DNA of 64,000 bases from contig NW_024704751.1 in NCBI RefSeq assembly GCF_018977255.1, positions 8,370,001 to 8,434,000 of the forward strand, given 5' to 3'. Each line of letters begins with the position of its first letter. Within the stretch, counting starts at the first letter, position 1. The DNA is from Callorhinchus milii (lineage: Eukaryota). This document shows positions 1 to 12,100 of the stretch, in pieces. A program made the position numbers and the translations under genes. The notes beneath the pieces were generated by a model. It saw only the letters and a program-made list of their open reading frames with translations, ran no database searches and was not told the origin of the DNA.

Positions 1-229
1 ACAGACACTCCACTTTACAGTATATTCTGCGCAGCGCTTTGAGACGTCTCAACAACGTGATAAGGCGCGGTATCAAATGCAAGGATTATTATTATTATAA
101 TTATTATTATGATTACTTACCTGAAATGCACTGTGTAGATGTAGGTTGTTCTGGTAGACGTGTTGTGTGGGTTGAGACGAGCCTAGTTGAGATGAAGCTG
201 AACACTGACCAGGATTATCACATCCCCAG

Positions 230-3200
230 GAGCTGGAGGTGGATGGAGACCTGCTGCTGGTCATATCTGATTCCGATTTAATGGAAGATCTGGGAATAAC
301 ATCCAGCATTACTCGCAAAAGGTGAGGAATTGCTCGTATTTATATATAGAGATATTGATCACCTCAGGCTCCACGCTCCGTTCTCCCTGCACTTAAAACC
401 CCACTGTAGACTGGAACTCGCCATCCTCACCAGCCATAAACTGCGGCTAATCCAAACCTCCAACGCCCACATCCTCACCCCCACCAAACTCCACACACCC
501 GTCGAACCTCCGTCTCGCCCCCTCTCTTTCTATCAGTCTTTAAATCATGTCTCACCTCTTCGACCACGCCTCTGGTCCCCTCCCCCTCCCCCTCAGCTCA
601 TCATCATACCCCATCATTGCGAACTGCTCCGAAACGTTGCCCTGGGTGAAAAGTGCCGCATAAATGCTGCCGTTGTATCCGTAATAATATCCTGAATTAA
701 AGGGACCTCAATGTGACTGATGGCCGGGGTTATGTATAGCTGGGAGCTCGCGTCTGTCGCTTTAACCGACCCACTCTGAGTCTCACCGGCAGGTTTCTGC
801 GGGAGCTGACCGAGTTGAAGACGTACGCCAATTACTCGACCTGTGACCCCAGCAACGTGGCCGACTGGCTGGGCAGCATCGACCCCCGCTTCCGGCAGTA
901 CACCTATCACCTGGTCCAGGTGGGCATGGACCGTGCCAGCCTGCCCACCGTCACCGACACCCAGCTGCTCACCGACTGCCGAGTGCACCTCGCCTTCCAC
1001 AGAGCTCGTATCCTCCTCGCTGCCCGGGGTAAAGGTCCTCACGTTGTCACACTCGCACCCAGGGTCTCTCTCCCCGTCACGCTCACACCCGCACTCCTCC
1101 CTGCCACACTCGCACCCAGAGTATGCGAGGAGGGTGGGGAATGTGTGTGCCAGGGGGAAGTTATATGCCGGATGGGGGGAGAAGTGGGGGGGAACGCATG
1201 GTATAGAGGGTGGGGGGATTGAACATAGGTGACATAGGTGAGATGCTGCAAGGAGCGCCATGCCTGGGTCAGCGATGGACTGAGCCGTCGAGAGGTTTTG
1301 TTGACACACAGGTCGGAGCTAGCCAGGGGCCTGGGGATGGGGGGGCAGTCATATCGTTGCTCCAGTCCCCGTGCTGAGCAGAGTTCAGGGCTGGTGACTG
1401 TTGGCTGTGGAGACGTCTTGTGGCTTTTTCATTCCCAGAATCTAACGTGAAAGGGTTTGATTTTCAGAGCTGTTGCTGCCGTGTTTGCCCGACAGCTGTA
1501 ATAACTCCTGCTCGGAAGGGCCAGATGTGTTTATCAGTTACCGGAGGACAACAGGATCACAGCTGGCCAGGTTTGCACATCTGTATCTAGGGCTGGGATA
1601 GTCTCAGGGCCAGAAGGCCTATGGGCTTGACCAGAGCCATTGGTTCAGTCCATCTCCATCCCAAGCAAGGTCCTGGGTCCCAGCTTTGGGCTCTTGATCC
1701 TATGGTATCTCATGATGGGTGTCTGGATCACTCGGATGTTTAATTTTGTGGGTGAGCTGTGCTCATAATGTACAGTCACTATACTTGACAGCATCTTCTG
1801 CGAAGCGCTTTGAGATGTCAAATGCGAGGGTGGTTATTACTATTAAGGGCAAAATACTGCAGATGCTGGAAATCTGAAATAAGAACAGAAGTGGCTGGGA
1901 ACACTCAGCAGGTCAGGGAGCAGCTATGGAGAGGAAAGTGAATTAACATTAACTATCATTACTATTATAATAATCCTTATAATTATAATAATCCCTGTTA
2001 ATCTCCTCGTTGTTGAGGGTGACTGGGGCTGGGATGTGGTCTCTGACCATCGAGTGAGTCCCTGTCAATTGCCTGTTGCTGCCCCTCAGTCTGTTAAAGG
2101 TCCATTTGCAGCTGAGAGGATTCAGCGTCTTTATTGACGTGGAGAAGCTCGAGGCCGGGAAGTTTGAGGACAAACTGATCCAAAGCGTGAAGAAGGCGAA
2201 GAACTTTGTGCTGGTTCTGTCGGAAAAAGCGCTGGACAAGTGCATGGGGGACACCGAGATGAAGGACTGGGTGCACAAGGTGAGGGTGTGCTGGGTGCAC
2301 AATGACAGAGACACAGCAGTGTGGTTGTTGCATGTCCGGGAGTCACGTGTGTTGTCCTTGCCCTGGCATCTCTCTGACCTGCTGGCACCCCTCTGCTCAC
2401 CCCCCACACTCCGCTAACACAAGGCTGAGTTCCTCCCCATCCGCCAACCCCTCCGCTCCACCATCAGCGGCCGTGCCTTCACCCGCCCTAAACCTCAATC
2501 CCTCCGCTTCGCCTCCTCTGACTTTAAATCCCACTTTAAATCCAACTTAACCTCTTCCCTACGTCTACGGTCACTTCCCCCCCACTCCATCCCCAGCAGT
2601 GTCCAGTGCTCCTGAGACATTATTCTGCATGAAAGGGCGCTGTATAAATACAGGTCATTGTATGTGAATCGGCCAAAGCAAAGTGTCCTGGAGGTTTGGT
2701 CCCCAGTTGAGTGCAGAGATCGACGTGTTCCTCTGTACTTTGCCCAGGAGATTGTGATGGCCATGAACAGCGGGAAGAACATTGTGCCTGTGACTGACCA
2801 CTTTACCTGGCCGGATTCCAGATCTTTGCCCGAAGACATGAGGGGAATCCTGAAATTCAACGGCATCATGTAGGTAACCCAGTCTCCGATCCTGTCATGA
2901 TTCTCTCTCCACCCCCACCCCTGCCTCACACCAACCAGGCTCCACCCAATTGGACCTCTGTTCCCCTGCGTCGGGTGTGGGGTGGTGGGGAGTGGGGGGG
3001 AAGATTGTATAAGGTAACTACTTTTATTATTTGACGAGGGAATGTGTGCACAATTTGGATGTTAAGCAATCGTTTCCATTATCGTAGTCCCTCAGTCAAT
3101 GATTATACAATGAGCAAATACTCTCTACGGTAAGAAGCAATAATGGGAGCAACCGGGCTATCAACGAATCAAGTATTGATCAGTGTTACCTGTCCCTGGG

Positions 3201-3780
3201 AGTGCAGGAGGCAGCACAGGGTATGGCTCGATCTGCCTCTCATTGATCTTGACGTGAACTCTTTATTTTTATGCCTGATTTGTTATTGGTTATTGCATAA
3301 AGCCCAGACCCATCAAATAGCACCTACACCCTTTGGTTAAAACTCACAGGCCCGTTCCTGTGAAGCACATTTACCAGCAGTGTTCAGTCCGTGGCAGGAT
3401 TGAACACGTGCCAACTAAATAATTTCCCCCCCCCCCACTTCTCCTTATCAGAAGTAGTCAACCAAGGCAAGGACATGATGTTTTCCTGCAGTTAACATTT
3501 TATATTGGCTCCTTCCTTACACTTGTAACGAGGGGAGTGAGTGATTGTACGAAAGCGAGTGACTGCTGAGTACTGATCAGTGCTGTGGTTGTCCATATTG
3601 TAGTTCTGGCTCATTCGCTCTCCGTTCCTCCTCACATTCAGGTGGTGCCATGAATATCAGGACGCCACCATCGAGAAGATCCTGCGCTTTCTCTACCACC
3701 CTTCCCACCGGAACTCCATAGTCACAATGGACAGCAGCGAGAAAGCCATCAGCCCCCAAAGGCATGCCTCGACACCCTGA
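230..3780 (+). CDS. SARM1: SARM1 (NAD+ hydrolase; SAM and TIR domains), last six coding exons; 5' part lies outside the window
   Basis: Exons 230-321, 793-1028, 1468-1570, 2090-2279, 2748-2869, 3642-3780(TGA), all GT-AG and phase-compatible. Peptides [33 protein letters not shown] (SAM) and [50 protein letters not shown]|[25 protein letters not shown] (TIR). The catalytic Glu (human E642) is intact. Confidence 0.97.
1850..1950. mobile_element. Penelope-like element terminal fragment
   Basis: aaatactgcagatgctggaaatctgaaat...cactcagcaggtcagg; related copies at ~25690-25800 and inverted at ~34765-34840. Family assigned from recalled similarity only. Confidence 0.5.
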
Positions 3781-4149
3781 CCCCGGACCCTCTCATCCCC
3801 AACGAGAGACAGCGCCTGGGGTGGGTGGGGGGGGGGTGAGGGCAGGATGGAAGGAAGGCATCTTCTAACCTCAGCAGCTTCTAACCTCAGGATCACGTGA
3901 GACATGGACCATGACATTGTGTGAGGCATCCCTGACCTCTGTGTCCAAGGTCTCCCTCTCCTCCCCCAGTCCATCTCTCCCCTCCGCCAACCCCCCGCCA
4001 TACCCCTGCATCTCTTCCACCCCCAACCTTGTCTCCCACGATGACTGCGTTCCTCTGGTGCAATAAGTCACTCCTTTACCAAACACCCTCTTACCCCCCT
4101 GCCTAGTGCCTTGTCGCTCCCATACACTGATATTCCTGATGCAGTAGAA

Positions 4150-4600
4150 AGCGCCAAACTTCACCCGAGCTGTTAATTTCCACACGAAGACGCTCTCGCT
4201 GTGCAGCCGCTTGTGTGTCTCCCAGAAAAAGTGTCGTCTCCGGGCCACCGGGTGAGACGTGGTGGTGAGCGCCCCCGAGTGCCGGATGGTGGTTCTGCAC
4301 GCACGGCCCGAGGGAGACATCGAGGGAATTGATCGGAAGACGCAGTTCCAATGGTTGATTCTTCCCAGTACCTGGAGGTTGCGGTGGACAACAACCTTTG
4401 CCTGAACACTGTCCTGAAGGACCGCACTGAGAAGGGGGGAGGCGGGGGGCAAAGGGCACTCTGGTCATACTCATCGCTCAAGGACAGCAAGGTCCCAGTG
4501 CAGGTCGAGCTTGTGGCCTACGAGAACTGTGTGCAAACCGTCTTCCTTTATGGATCCGAGCTTCAGGGGATGCAGTGAAGAGGCTTCTTCCGGCTCGTTT
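4150..4600 (+). mobile_element. Decayed RTE-type LINE reverse-transcriptase relic in the presumed SARM1 3'UTR
   Basis: ORF 4351-4578 VDSSQYLEVAVDNNL...KDRTEK...VQVELVAYENCVQTVFLYGSE resembles the RT C-terminal pattern V..F.YLG....RI.KA...K..VY...V...LLYG.E; stops and frameshifts flank it. Confidence 0.5.
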
Positions 4601-5101
4601 GCCAAGCCCAGGATCAAGCGACGAGGTGGCAAACACGGGAAGCAGCTGCAGGGAGGGAGGCCTACACTGACCTGTCACTGAGACCCCTGGAGGCAGAGGT
4701 GGCTTCACAGCGGGTATGTCTATTTGCCAAGAGCCCCTTGAGGACCTGGATTGAGCAGCTGGTGCTGAGTCAGCCGGGTACCCTGCATTGGACTTGGACC
4801 TCGAGAACATCAAGGTGGCTGGCACCTCACAAGCACATCGGTGTCCCACAAACGGGTGTGGATTGAGGGTATTCTCAGATGTGTTTGGGAGATGCCACGT
4901 CAATGGGGTTGGCAGAGAAACAGCCAATATCACTCAGCATCTCGTGCCCCTTTCAGTGTCTCTCTCTAACCAGCTCCTCAACCCCTGCAATAACAGTAAC
5001 GAGACTGGGAGGGCAGTTTTAGCTCCACTCAAGATTTGCACTCACAGCCCAAACCCTTTTGTGTTCTTCCTTCTGCCAATTGTATAGAAAGCCTGTTTGC
5101 A

Positions 5102-5107
5102 TTTATT
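5102..5107 (-). terminator. Candidate SLC46A1 polyadenylation signal
   Basis: TTTATT on + (AATAAA on -), ~1.1 kb downstream of the SLC46A1 stop. Confidence 0.45.
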
Positions 5108-5140
5108 TTTGTAGAAAGCTCCTCCCGTTAAGAGGTATTT

Positions 5141-5146
5141 AATAAA
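5141..5146 (+). terminator. Candidate SARM1 polyadenylation signal
   Basis: First AATAAA I found downstream of the SARM1 stop, followed by T-rich sequence. Confidence 0.55.
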
Positions 5147-6199
5147 CTTTTATAATCTTCCCCACAAGGGACCGGGCCAGGGCAATGTTTGGGACGAGAC
5201 GTTAAACCCGAAGCGGTTTGGGTGGCACCGGGGGACATGGGTCTTTTCCAACGCCCCACGGAGGCAGGAGCAGTGAAGACTCTCAGGCTCTCTGTTAAAT
5301 ATTATAAAAAGATTGTATTTCTGCTGGTACATCATCATCATCATTGCCACAATTCCGCTTCTCTCTGGCTCATTTTCCAAAAGCTTTGGCACGCTGCAGC
5401 CCGGCTATACATTACCGTAGCCGCCATCAAATTACACTCAGAAATCACTGAGAGAACAGATTTAACAATGAACAATATTAGTGTGAGGTGACAGTCACTG
5501 TGTGACTTAGCGCAGTGTGAGGTGATCGTTTCGCCCATAAAATATACAGTCAATTCACTTTATAGCGTATCCTGTGAAGCGCTTTATGAGACGTTTCGAA
5601 GACGTGATAAGGCTCTGTATCAAATGCAAGGATTATTATTATTATTATTATAGCGTCACTGTGTGAGGCCGAGACTGTCCCTCACGTACAAGACGCAGGG
5701 ATCCTCTGTGCCTTTCACTTTGCGAATGGCCTCTTTCTCTCTGGAAATATCAGTTGCAGGGATCGAAACCGGGTGAGACGATGTTTTAAAGATTCTAAAA
5801 TATAATCAGCTGAAAGTAGAAAGCTGTTGAAAACCCAGAGAGAGAGAGTCTGTGTCTCGGTGTGTGTTCTGGGAGCCGCCAGCAGATTCCCTCACACACA
5901 CACAACCAAATTCCCCCTGAGCTTCAGCTGTCTTTAACATCGCTCTCAATACATTAGTTCACACCTGGCTTGATTGTTACTCTGCATAAGTTAAGCCGTA
6001 CGTCTTTGACTGTGCTTTCGGTTATCTTTCCCCTTCCCCGGCGCCTTTGGCTTCCACCCCCAGCTGGGATGCCCTTTGGGAATGTGAAAGGCACTGTATA
6101 AATGTAAATTGCATTGTGTAAATTGCATTGGTGTTCTCCTGATGATCACAGCGACTGATGCTTTCGGTTGTGACGTATCGCAGTAAGAGCCCGGAGTTA

Positions 6200-9100
6200 T
6201 CACACTGCATCTCCAAGACGCCTGTACTGCCCACCAGGCTCACGGCACTTCAGCAACCTGAGAACAGATAGATACGCGGAGATCGTGAGGCTGCATGTCA
6301 CACTGCAAATCAACCCTAGGGGGGCGCCGTCTCCTCGTGAGCTGAGCGCGCACTCTGCCAGACACACTGGTTAAAATGGTTCGAAAGGGAGCGTGAATCT
6401 ACCACACCCCAAATTTTGTTCGTTGTTCATTGCAGTGTTGTTATCATTCAGACTCTCAAGTCGGTGACAGCACGGGGAGTGACACAGTAAAGCTCCCTTG
6501 TACACTGTCTGTCCACACTCCCAGGTCAGGGTTAGAGACGAGAGTAAAGCTCCCTCTACACTATCCGTCCACACTCCGAGAGTAAAGCTCCCTTTTCTGC
6601 CCTTTCACCTGAGGTCCTGCCCGTGTCTATCTCAGGCCCATCCTGAATTGTAATGAAAACAGAGCCACCCACTGAGCTCATCCGAGCTGCAATCTTCCCT
6701 ACGATACCGGTAAGGATCCCGACATGTGCTGCTTCTGATGTTTCTCAGATTGATAGACGCTGAGAGAAAGCCTCACCACCAGCCCTCACCCTCCAGCATG
6801 TTCTCTGGCTGGTTCTGCTGATGGGATACTTTGCCTTTATTGCCCTGCTCTCACGTGAGCCATAACGTGCCTATCTTTATGCCTCTCGTGTCCCAATGAT
6901 GATAGATAGTACTCCACCACACACACAGCTATCTGTGTCCGCTGACAATGACATTCTTAATATAGACACGGCCTGGATTCTCCGAAACAGTGGCTTTACA
7001 CGGGTTAACAGGAGAGCAGTTACCGGGGCAGGCAACTCTGCACTCTTTGCGAGAGACACGCAAGGAGGTGGGGGGTTGGGGGTGGAGGGGAGGTTTGTGA
7101 AAGGCAGTGATTGGCTTCCTTCCGTGTATCTGCAGATTACCACAGGGGGGGGAATAGGAGGGGTGGGGAATAAATAACAACAACTAACATCTATATAACG
7201 CCACTCACGCGGGGTAGTGTCCCGGAGCTCTTAGTTTGGCAAGGATTAATTTGTTTGAACGGCCCATTTCCATGCTGGGTTACTCTAAATTAATCTAGGG
7301 TTACTCTAGGTTATTCCGGGTTACTCTAGATTACTCTACGTTAGTCTAGGTAAGAGAATCTGACGTACCCGAGGAGTCCTGCGGGAACGAGGAGCATCGC
7401 TGCTCCGAAAACAAATGTGAAACCTTTCATAAAGTGCAGTGTGGCCGGGTACAGAGAGCTGAAGATCCAGGTGGACATCAGCGAGCACAAGCTCTCCACA
7501 CACGCCACTGCTGCAAAGAGGGCACCTGTATACAGAAAGAGGAGACAGCGGTTATTACGCAATCCAACACTTAACGCAGCATAGACTTCGTGGAGTCCTG
7601 CAGTGTGTCGGTTATCGAGCACTCGCCTCGCAAGCGGGTTCAATACCCGGGTGTGACAGGGCGAAACCTTAGGCAAGTTTCCTTACTCCACGCGCCTCTG
7701 TTTACCTCGCAGTAAGTAGGAACCCGGTTGTTAGTCGATTGTCGTATCGCTTTTCCGGGGATAATAATCCCTTCAAAAAAAAACAAATAAAATAATAATT
7801 TGGTCACTCAATCCACGACTGTTTGTGGGACGCTGCTGTGCGCAATTGGCTGCCGCGTTTCACCCACAAAATAGACAGTCAACCACTTTACAGTATATTC
7901 TGTGAAGTGCTTCAAGACATCTCAGTGACGTGATAAGTTGCTATTTCAAATAATAATTATTCTGATGAACAATAATTAATTATTATTCATCAGAATTGAG
8001 GTGGAATGACTCAGAATTTATTGGGCAAATCTCTGCCGTGTGTTGTAAAGCATTACCCTGACAACAAGGCATTAATAGCAATTGCTTTGAGCACACACTG
8101 ACGAGAGTCACTAAAAGAGACGAGTGACAGGACAATTCACAACTTCACCTACAATCAGCTCAGTCTTCGTAGCTTCCCAATGCTACTGTCCAGCAAAGTC
8201 AAGAGGAAGCTTTGGTTCCAATTACAACACTTGGAGATTGTGTAGGAGAGAGACTGATTACCTCAGGTCAAGGCTGACACTTAATAAACCTTGAATTTAT
8301 AGGCTCCACAATAAGACTTTTTATCAGTTGAAAAGTCAAACTCAGTAATGAACGCGACCTTTGTTCGTCAAGTGCCTTGCTTGGATAACAAATTAATTGC
8401 ATGGGATGGCAGATTAATTTATTGTTTACTCAGGAAAACGGCGTTGGGAGGACAACATGACCAGGATGATCTGAGACACTCTATAACCCCGACATAGTGT
8501 CTTATCACATTGTTGAGTGGTCTCAAAGTCCTCCTCAGTGACCAGCTGCTGTGAACTGCAGCATGGGATTAACTTCCACATGTATGTGGATGACGCCCAA
8601 CTCTATCTCTCTGCCTCCACCCTCAACTCGAGGACCACAGCTGAAGACTATTAATGATGCACCAACTCCACTGCTTAATATTATCATTTTGTATTCAAGG
8701 TCATGTCATTCAGATATCTCAAAGGGCTTCACAGGGTATGAAGGTCTTAGGAGGGCAAACAGGCACAGACAAACCACTTCCTGCACAGTGTGACACTGTC
8801 AAGCAGACTAGACGGTGGTTACAGATAATGCTGACAATTCTCAAGGCTTTCAATAGGGAGACACATCAACAAAAACGACAACTTGGATTTATATAATGCC
8901 CTCCACGCCGGATGGCGTCTCAGAGCGCTTTACAGTTTCGGATCCTGGGACCGAGCCAGGGGGAGGGGGGGGGGGGGGGGGAGGTGACCAAAGGCGCAGA
9001 CGAAAAGAAAGGTTGGCAGCATTGGTTGGCGAGATAAGTCTTGTACTTCCCTGTGCTGCAGTGTCAGCTAAACCCCTAAACCCCCACCCCACTTGATAGA

Positions 9101-12100
9101 TACAACAGCTTATATCTATATAACAATCCTTGCATTTGGTACAGCGTCTTATCAGTTATCTATATGACTCAACGTACTTCACAGGATATACTGTAAATTG
9201 GGAGTCACTGTGTATTTTTAGCATCCAATGTCACCCATACAGCCATGAAGTGAGTGACCACAAAATACAGTCAATTCACTTTACAGTATATTCTGTGAAG
9301 CGCTTTGAGTCGTACGTCTCAAAGACGTGATAAGGCGCTGCATCAAATGCAAGGATTATTATTTTTATTATTATTTGGGGGATTATTGGGCAGGACAATG
9401 GAAGAAACTCCCTTCGCTTTTCCAATAGCGCCATTGGATCTTTAACATCCACGTAAACAGCCAGCCGGGTCCTCGGTTTAACGTCTCACCTGAAAGGCGA
9501 CACCTTCGACAAGGCAACAATCCCCAGTGCTCGGTCGGAGTGTCGGTTTGCACTGTGCAAGTTCAAGTCCCGACATGATCAGATCGTAAACAGAACAGTT
9601 TGTTCCCGATTGTGCCCTCCTTCACCCTCCAGCATCTCTCTACTCTCCTTGTGGCTGTGCGTCTGGTGGCTGAATAATGGACGGTCTCCACGCACCTCAC
9701 TCCACAGGTGGCCCGTTGTCTCCTGCTCGCCCACTCTTTTTAGCTTTCTAAACTTGCTCTCTTATTCTTCCTTCCAAAATGCGTTCCCTCACACTCTCTT
9801 AGTCGTCCATCTATGGTCTCGTCCAGTTACCTAAGCTGTCCCACAGTTCCACATGGCCCTGATTTTAGTCACAAGTCTCTCATGTGGCACTTTATCGAAG
9901 AACTTCTGAAAATCCTTCCATCATCCCCAACATACAATCTTCTCCACACTAACAAATTGCATTTATAATAGTGCCTTTCAGGTCAGGAGGGTGTCCCAAG
10001 ATGCTGAAGGTTTTCACTTGTGCTCTGAATGATGAGACAAACCTGGCTCCCTCGCTTTCTCCAGTTGGTCCGACACCAGATTCCCAAAGCACACAGTGAC
10101 CACTAGAATTGACTTGGAAAATATTTGAGACCCACAGGTTTGACGTAACCCTAGCTAGAAATTACAATGCAGGAAATCACATGCTAGCAAGAGTAAATCT
10201 CCTGTATTTACTGCCCAAAATAGCCTTATCAAAGGCAAACAGAGACACGGCACTACTCATTAATTCATTAACCGAGGGTTATTTGTAGGACACTTGAAGT
10301 CGGCGTTAATCCAGCTCCCTGCCTCTTCAGTGACGTTTCTTCCCAATTTACCATCAAGCTTCTATTGTTTAGGGAAGGAAACTGCCCTCAAAAATCAAAG
10401 CCAGGAATATGCTCACCGCAACTGCATAATTTTAAAATAAACATTAGTTCAGCTCACATTTCAGGTTAGCTGAAGCTCCAGGGTAGGGTTGAATTGCGTA
10501 TTCATCAGTGAATACACTTGCCCTTTAAGAGTCATTTTGCAAACACGAGGAGCAAAGTTTAGAGTTACGTAACTTGATCAATACAACACGCAATAGGATC
10601 AATGCCAACCCCCCCACCTCCCCTCCAGCCTCTGATCGCGTACGTACACTGGGAGATGAGAGCCGTGGGCTTCAATACCAACCTTTGTCCCAGCAGCAGT
10701 CACACACACCCTAAACTGTAGAAACACAGCAGTTCCGCATTGCTAAATTGATGTTCAATGTCCAAGCTAATTTTACCTCCTGGACTAAGTGCTTGCCTGG
10801 CCGTGGAGTCCTGTAGCTCAGTGGTTAGAGCACTCGCTTTGCAAGCGAGAGACCAGAGTTCAATTCCAGGCAGAGGGCGAAACCTCGGGCAAGTTTCCTT
10901 ACTCCACACAGAGCCTAATAATAATCCCTCCAAAACCAAAAACAATAATAAATTGGTCATTTTCAATCCTCGACTGTCTGTGGGACATTGCTGTGCGCAA
11001 TTGGCTGCCGCGTTCGCCCACAAATATACAGTCAATTCACTTTACAGTGTGTTCTGTGAAGCGCTTTGGAACGTCCTCCCGACGTGAAAAGCGCTATATC
11101 AAATGCAAGGATTATTATTATTGCCTTCATATGGCATATGTATCACCCTGGCACACTCGGTAGCGCTCTCACACTCGGGAGGCCGAAGGCTGTAGGTTCA
11201 AACCCACGTCAGGAGACTTTGAATTCCTGTCGGCTGAACCTGCAGTGCAGTGCTGGGGGAATCTCTTCATTGTTTAAGGTGCTGCCCTTCAGATATCATG
11301 GTTAACTGAGGTCCTCTCTGCCCGTTCAAGTGAACATTAAAGATCCCAATGGCACTATTGGAAAACAGAAAGGAATTTCTCCCAGTGTCCCAACCAGCAA
11401 TTCCCCCAAATTAAAATTGGTCACTCACTTCACAGCTATTTGTGGAACTTTTTTTTTTTGCAAATTGGCTGCTGTGTTTGTCCACAAAGCACACAGTCAC
11501 TTCGTTTTACGGTGTATCCCACGAAGCTCTTCGACACGTCCTCCTGACATGAAAGCCGCTTATACTGAGTTTTGTGTGTGTGGTGCGGGGGGATGGAGTG
11601 GTATAGTTCTTGGAAAAGGAAATTGTGCAGATTTCATTCTCCTCTCAACACGCACACACACACAGTGACTGTAGGATGCAGGATTACATCCATGGCCTTA
11701 CCTTGCTCGGTCCCCTGTGCCAGCTTCGACATCTTGGCTCGGATCACCGGGGTGGTTGCCATAGCGAGAATCCGCAGTCCGTACCCTGGTGACAGTGAAG
11801 AAGAAAAAAAAGAAAGCTCAGTGTTTGTCTTTGGGTCACAGAGCAGCAGAACATTCATTCCCCCAGGAAGCTGTGATTGATCACACCATCGCTCTTTGCC
11901 AGAAAATGACGACACCGGTGTCACATCATTCTAAAGTGTTTGCCATTACTCTGGTCACAAAGGAGGTTCAGATCAAGCTTCCCTTTGGCCACCCCCTAAT
12001 CAGGTGTCCGACAAACGCAGAAACCCATCGCTATGCCTAAAGAGTCTCCAAACCAAACTGATAAGTTCCACGCATCCCACTCTCACGTGGAAATTCCAGA

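Noticed and set aside
39-281. Recurring ORF peptides such as [11 protein letters not shown] and [22 protein letters not shown]
   Set aside because: Translations of the common SINE tail, not a protein family
5715-5825. Alternative terminal exons for SLC46A1 (also near 6060 and 5450)
   Set aside because: Wrong phase or no resemblance to PCFT; 6257-6200 fits acceptor, phase and expected length better
7990-8460. AT-rich, repeat-free intronic block with TAAT/TGTTTAC motifs resembling a conserved enhancer
   Set aside because: Cannot be supported without cross-species alignment
10805-10880. tRNA-Ala-like cloverleaf
   Set aside because: It is the head of a multi-copy SINE, lacks a proper acceptor stem and continues into SINE body
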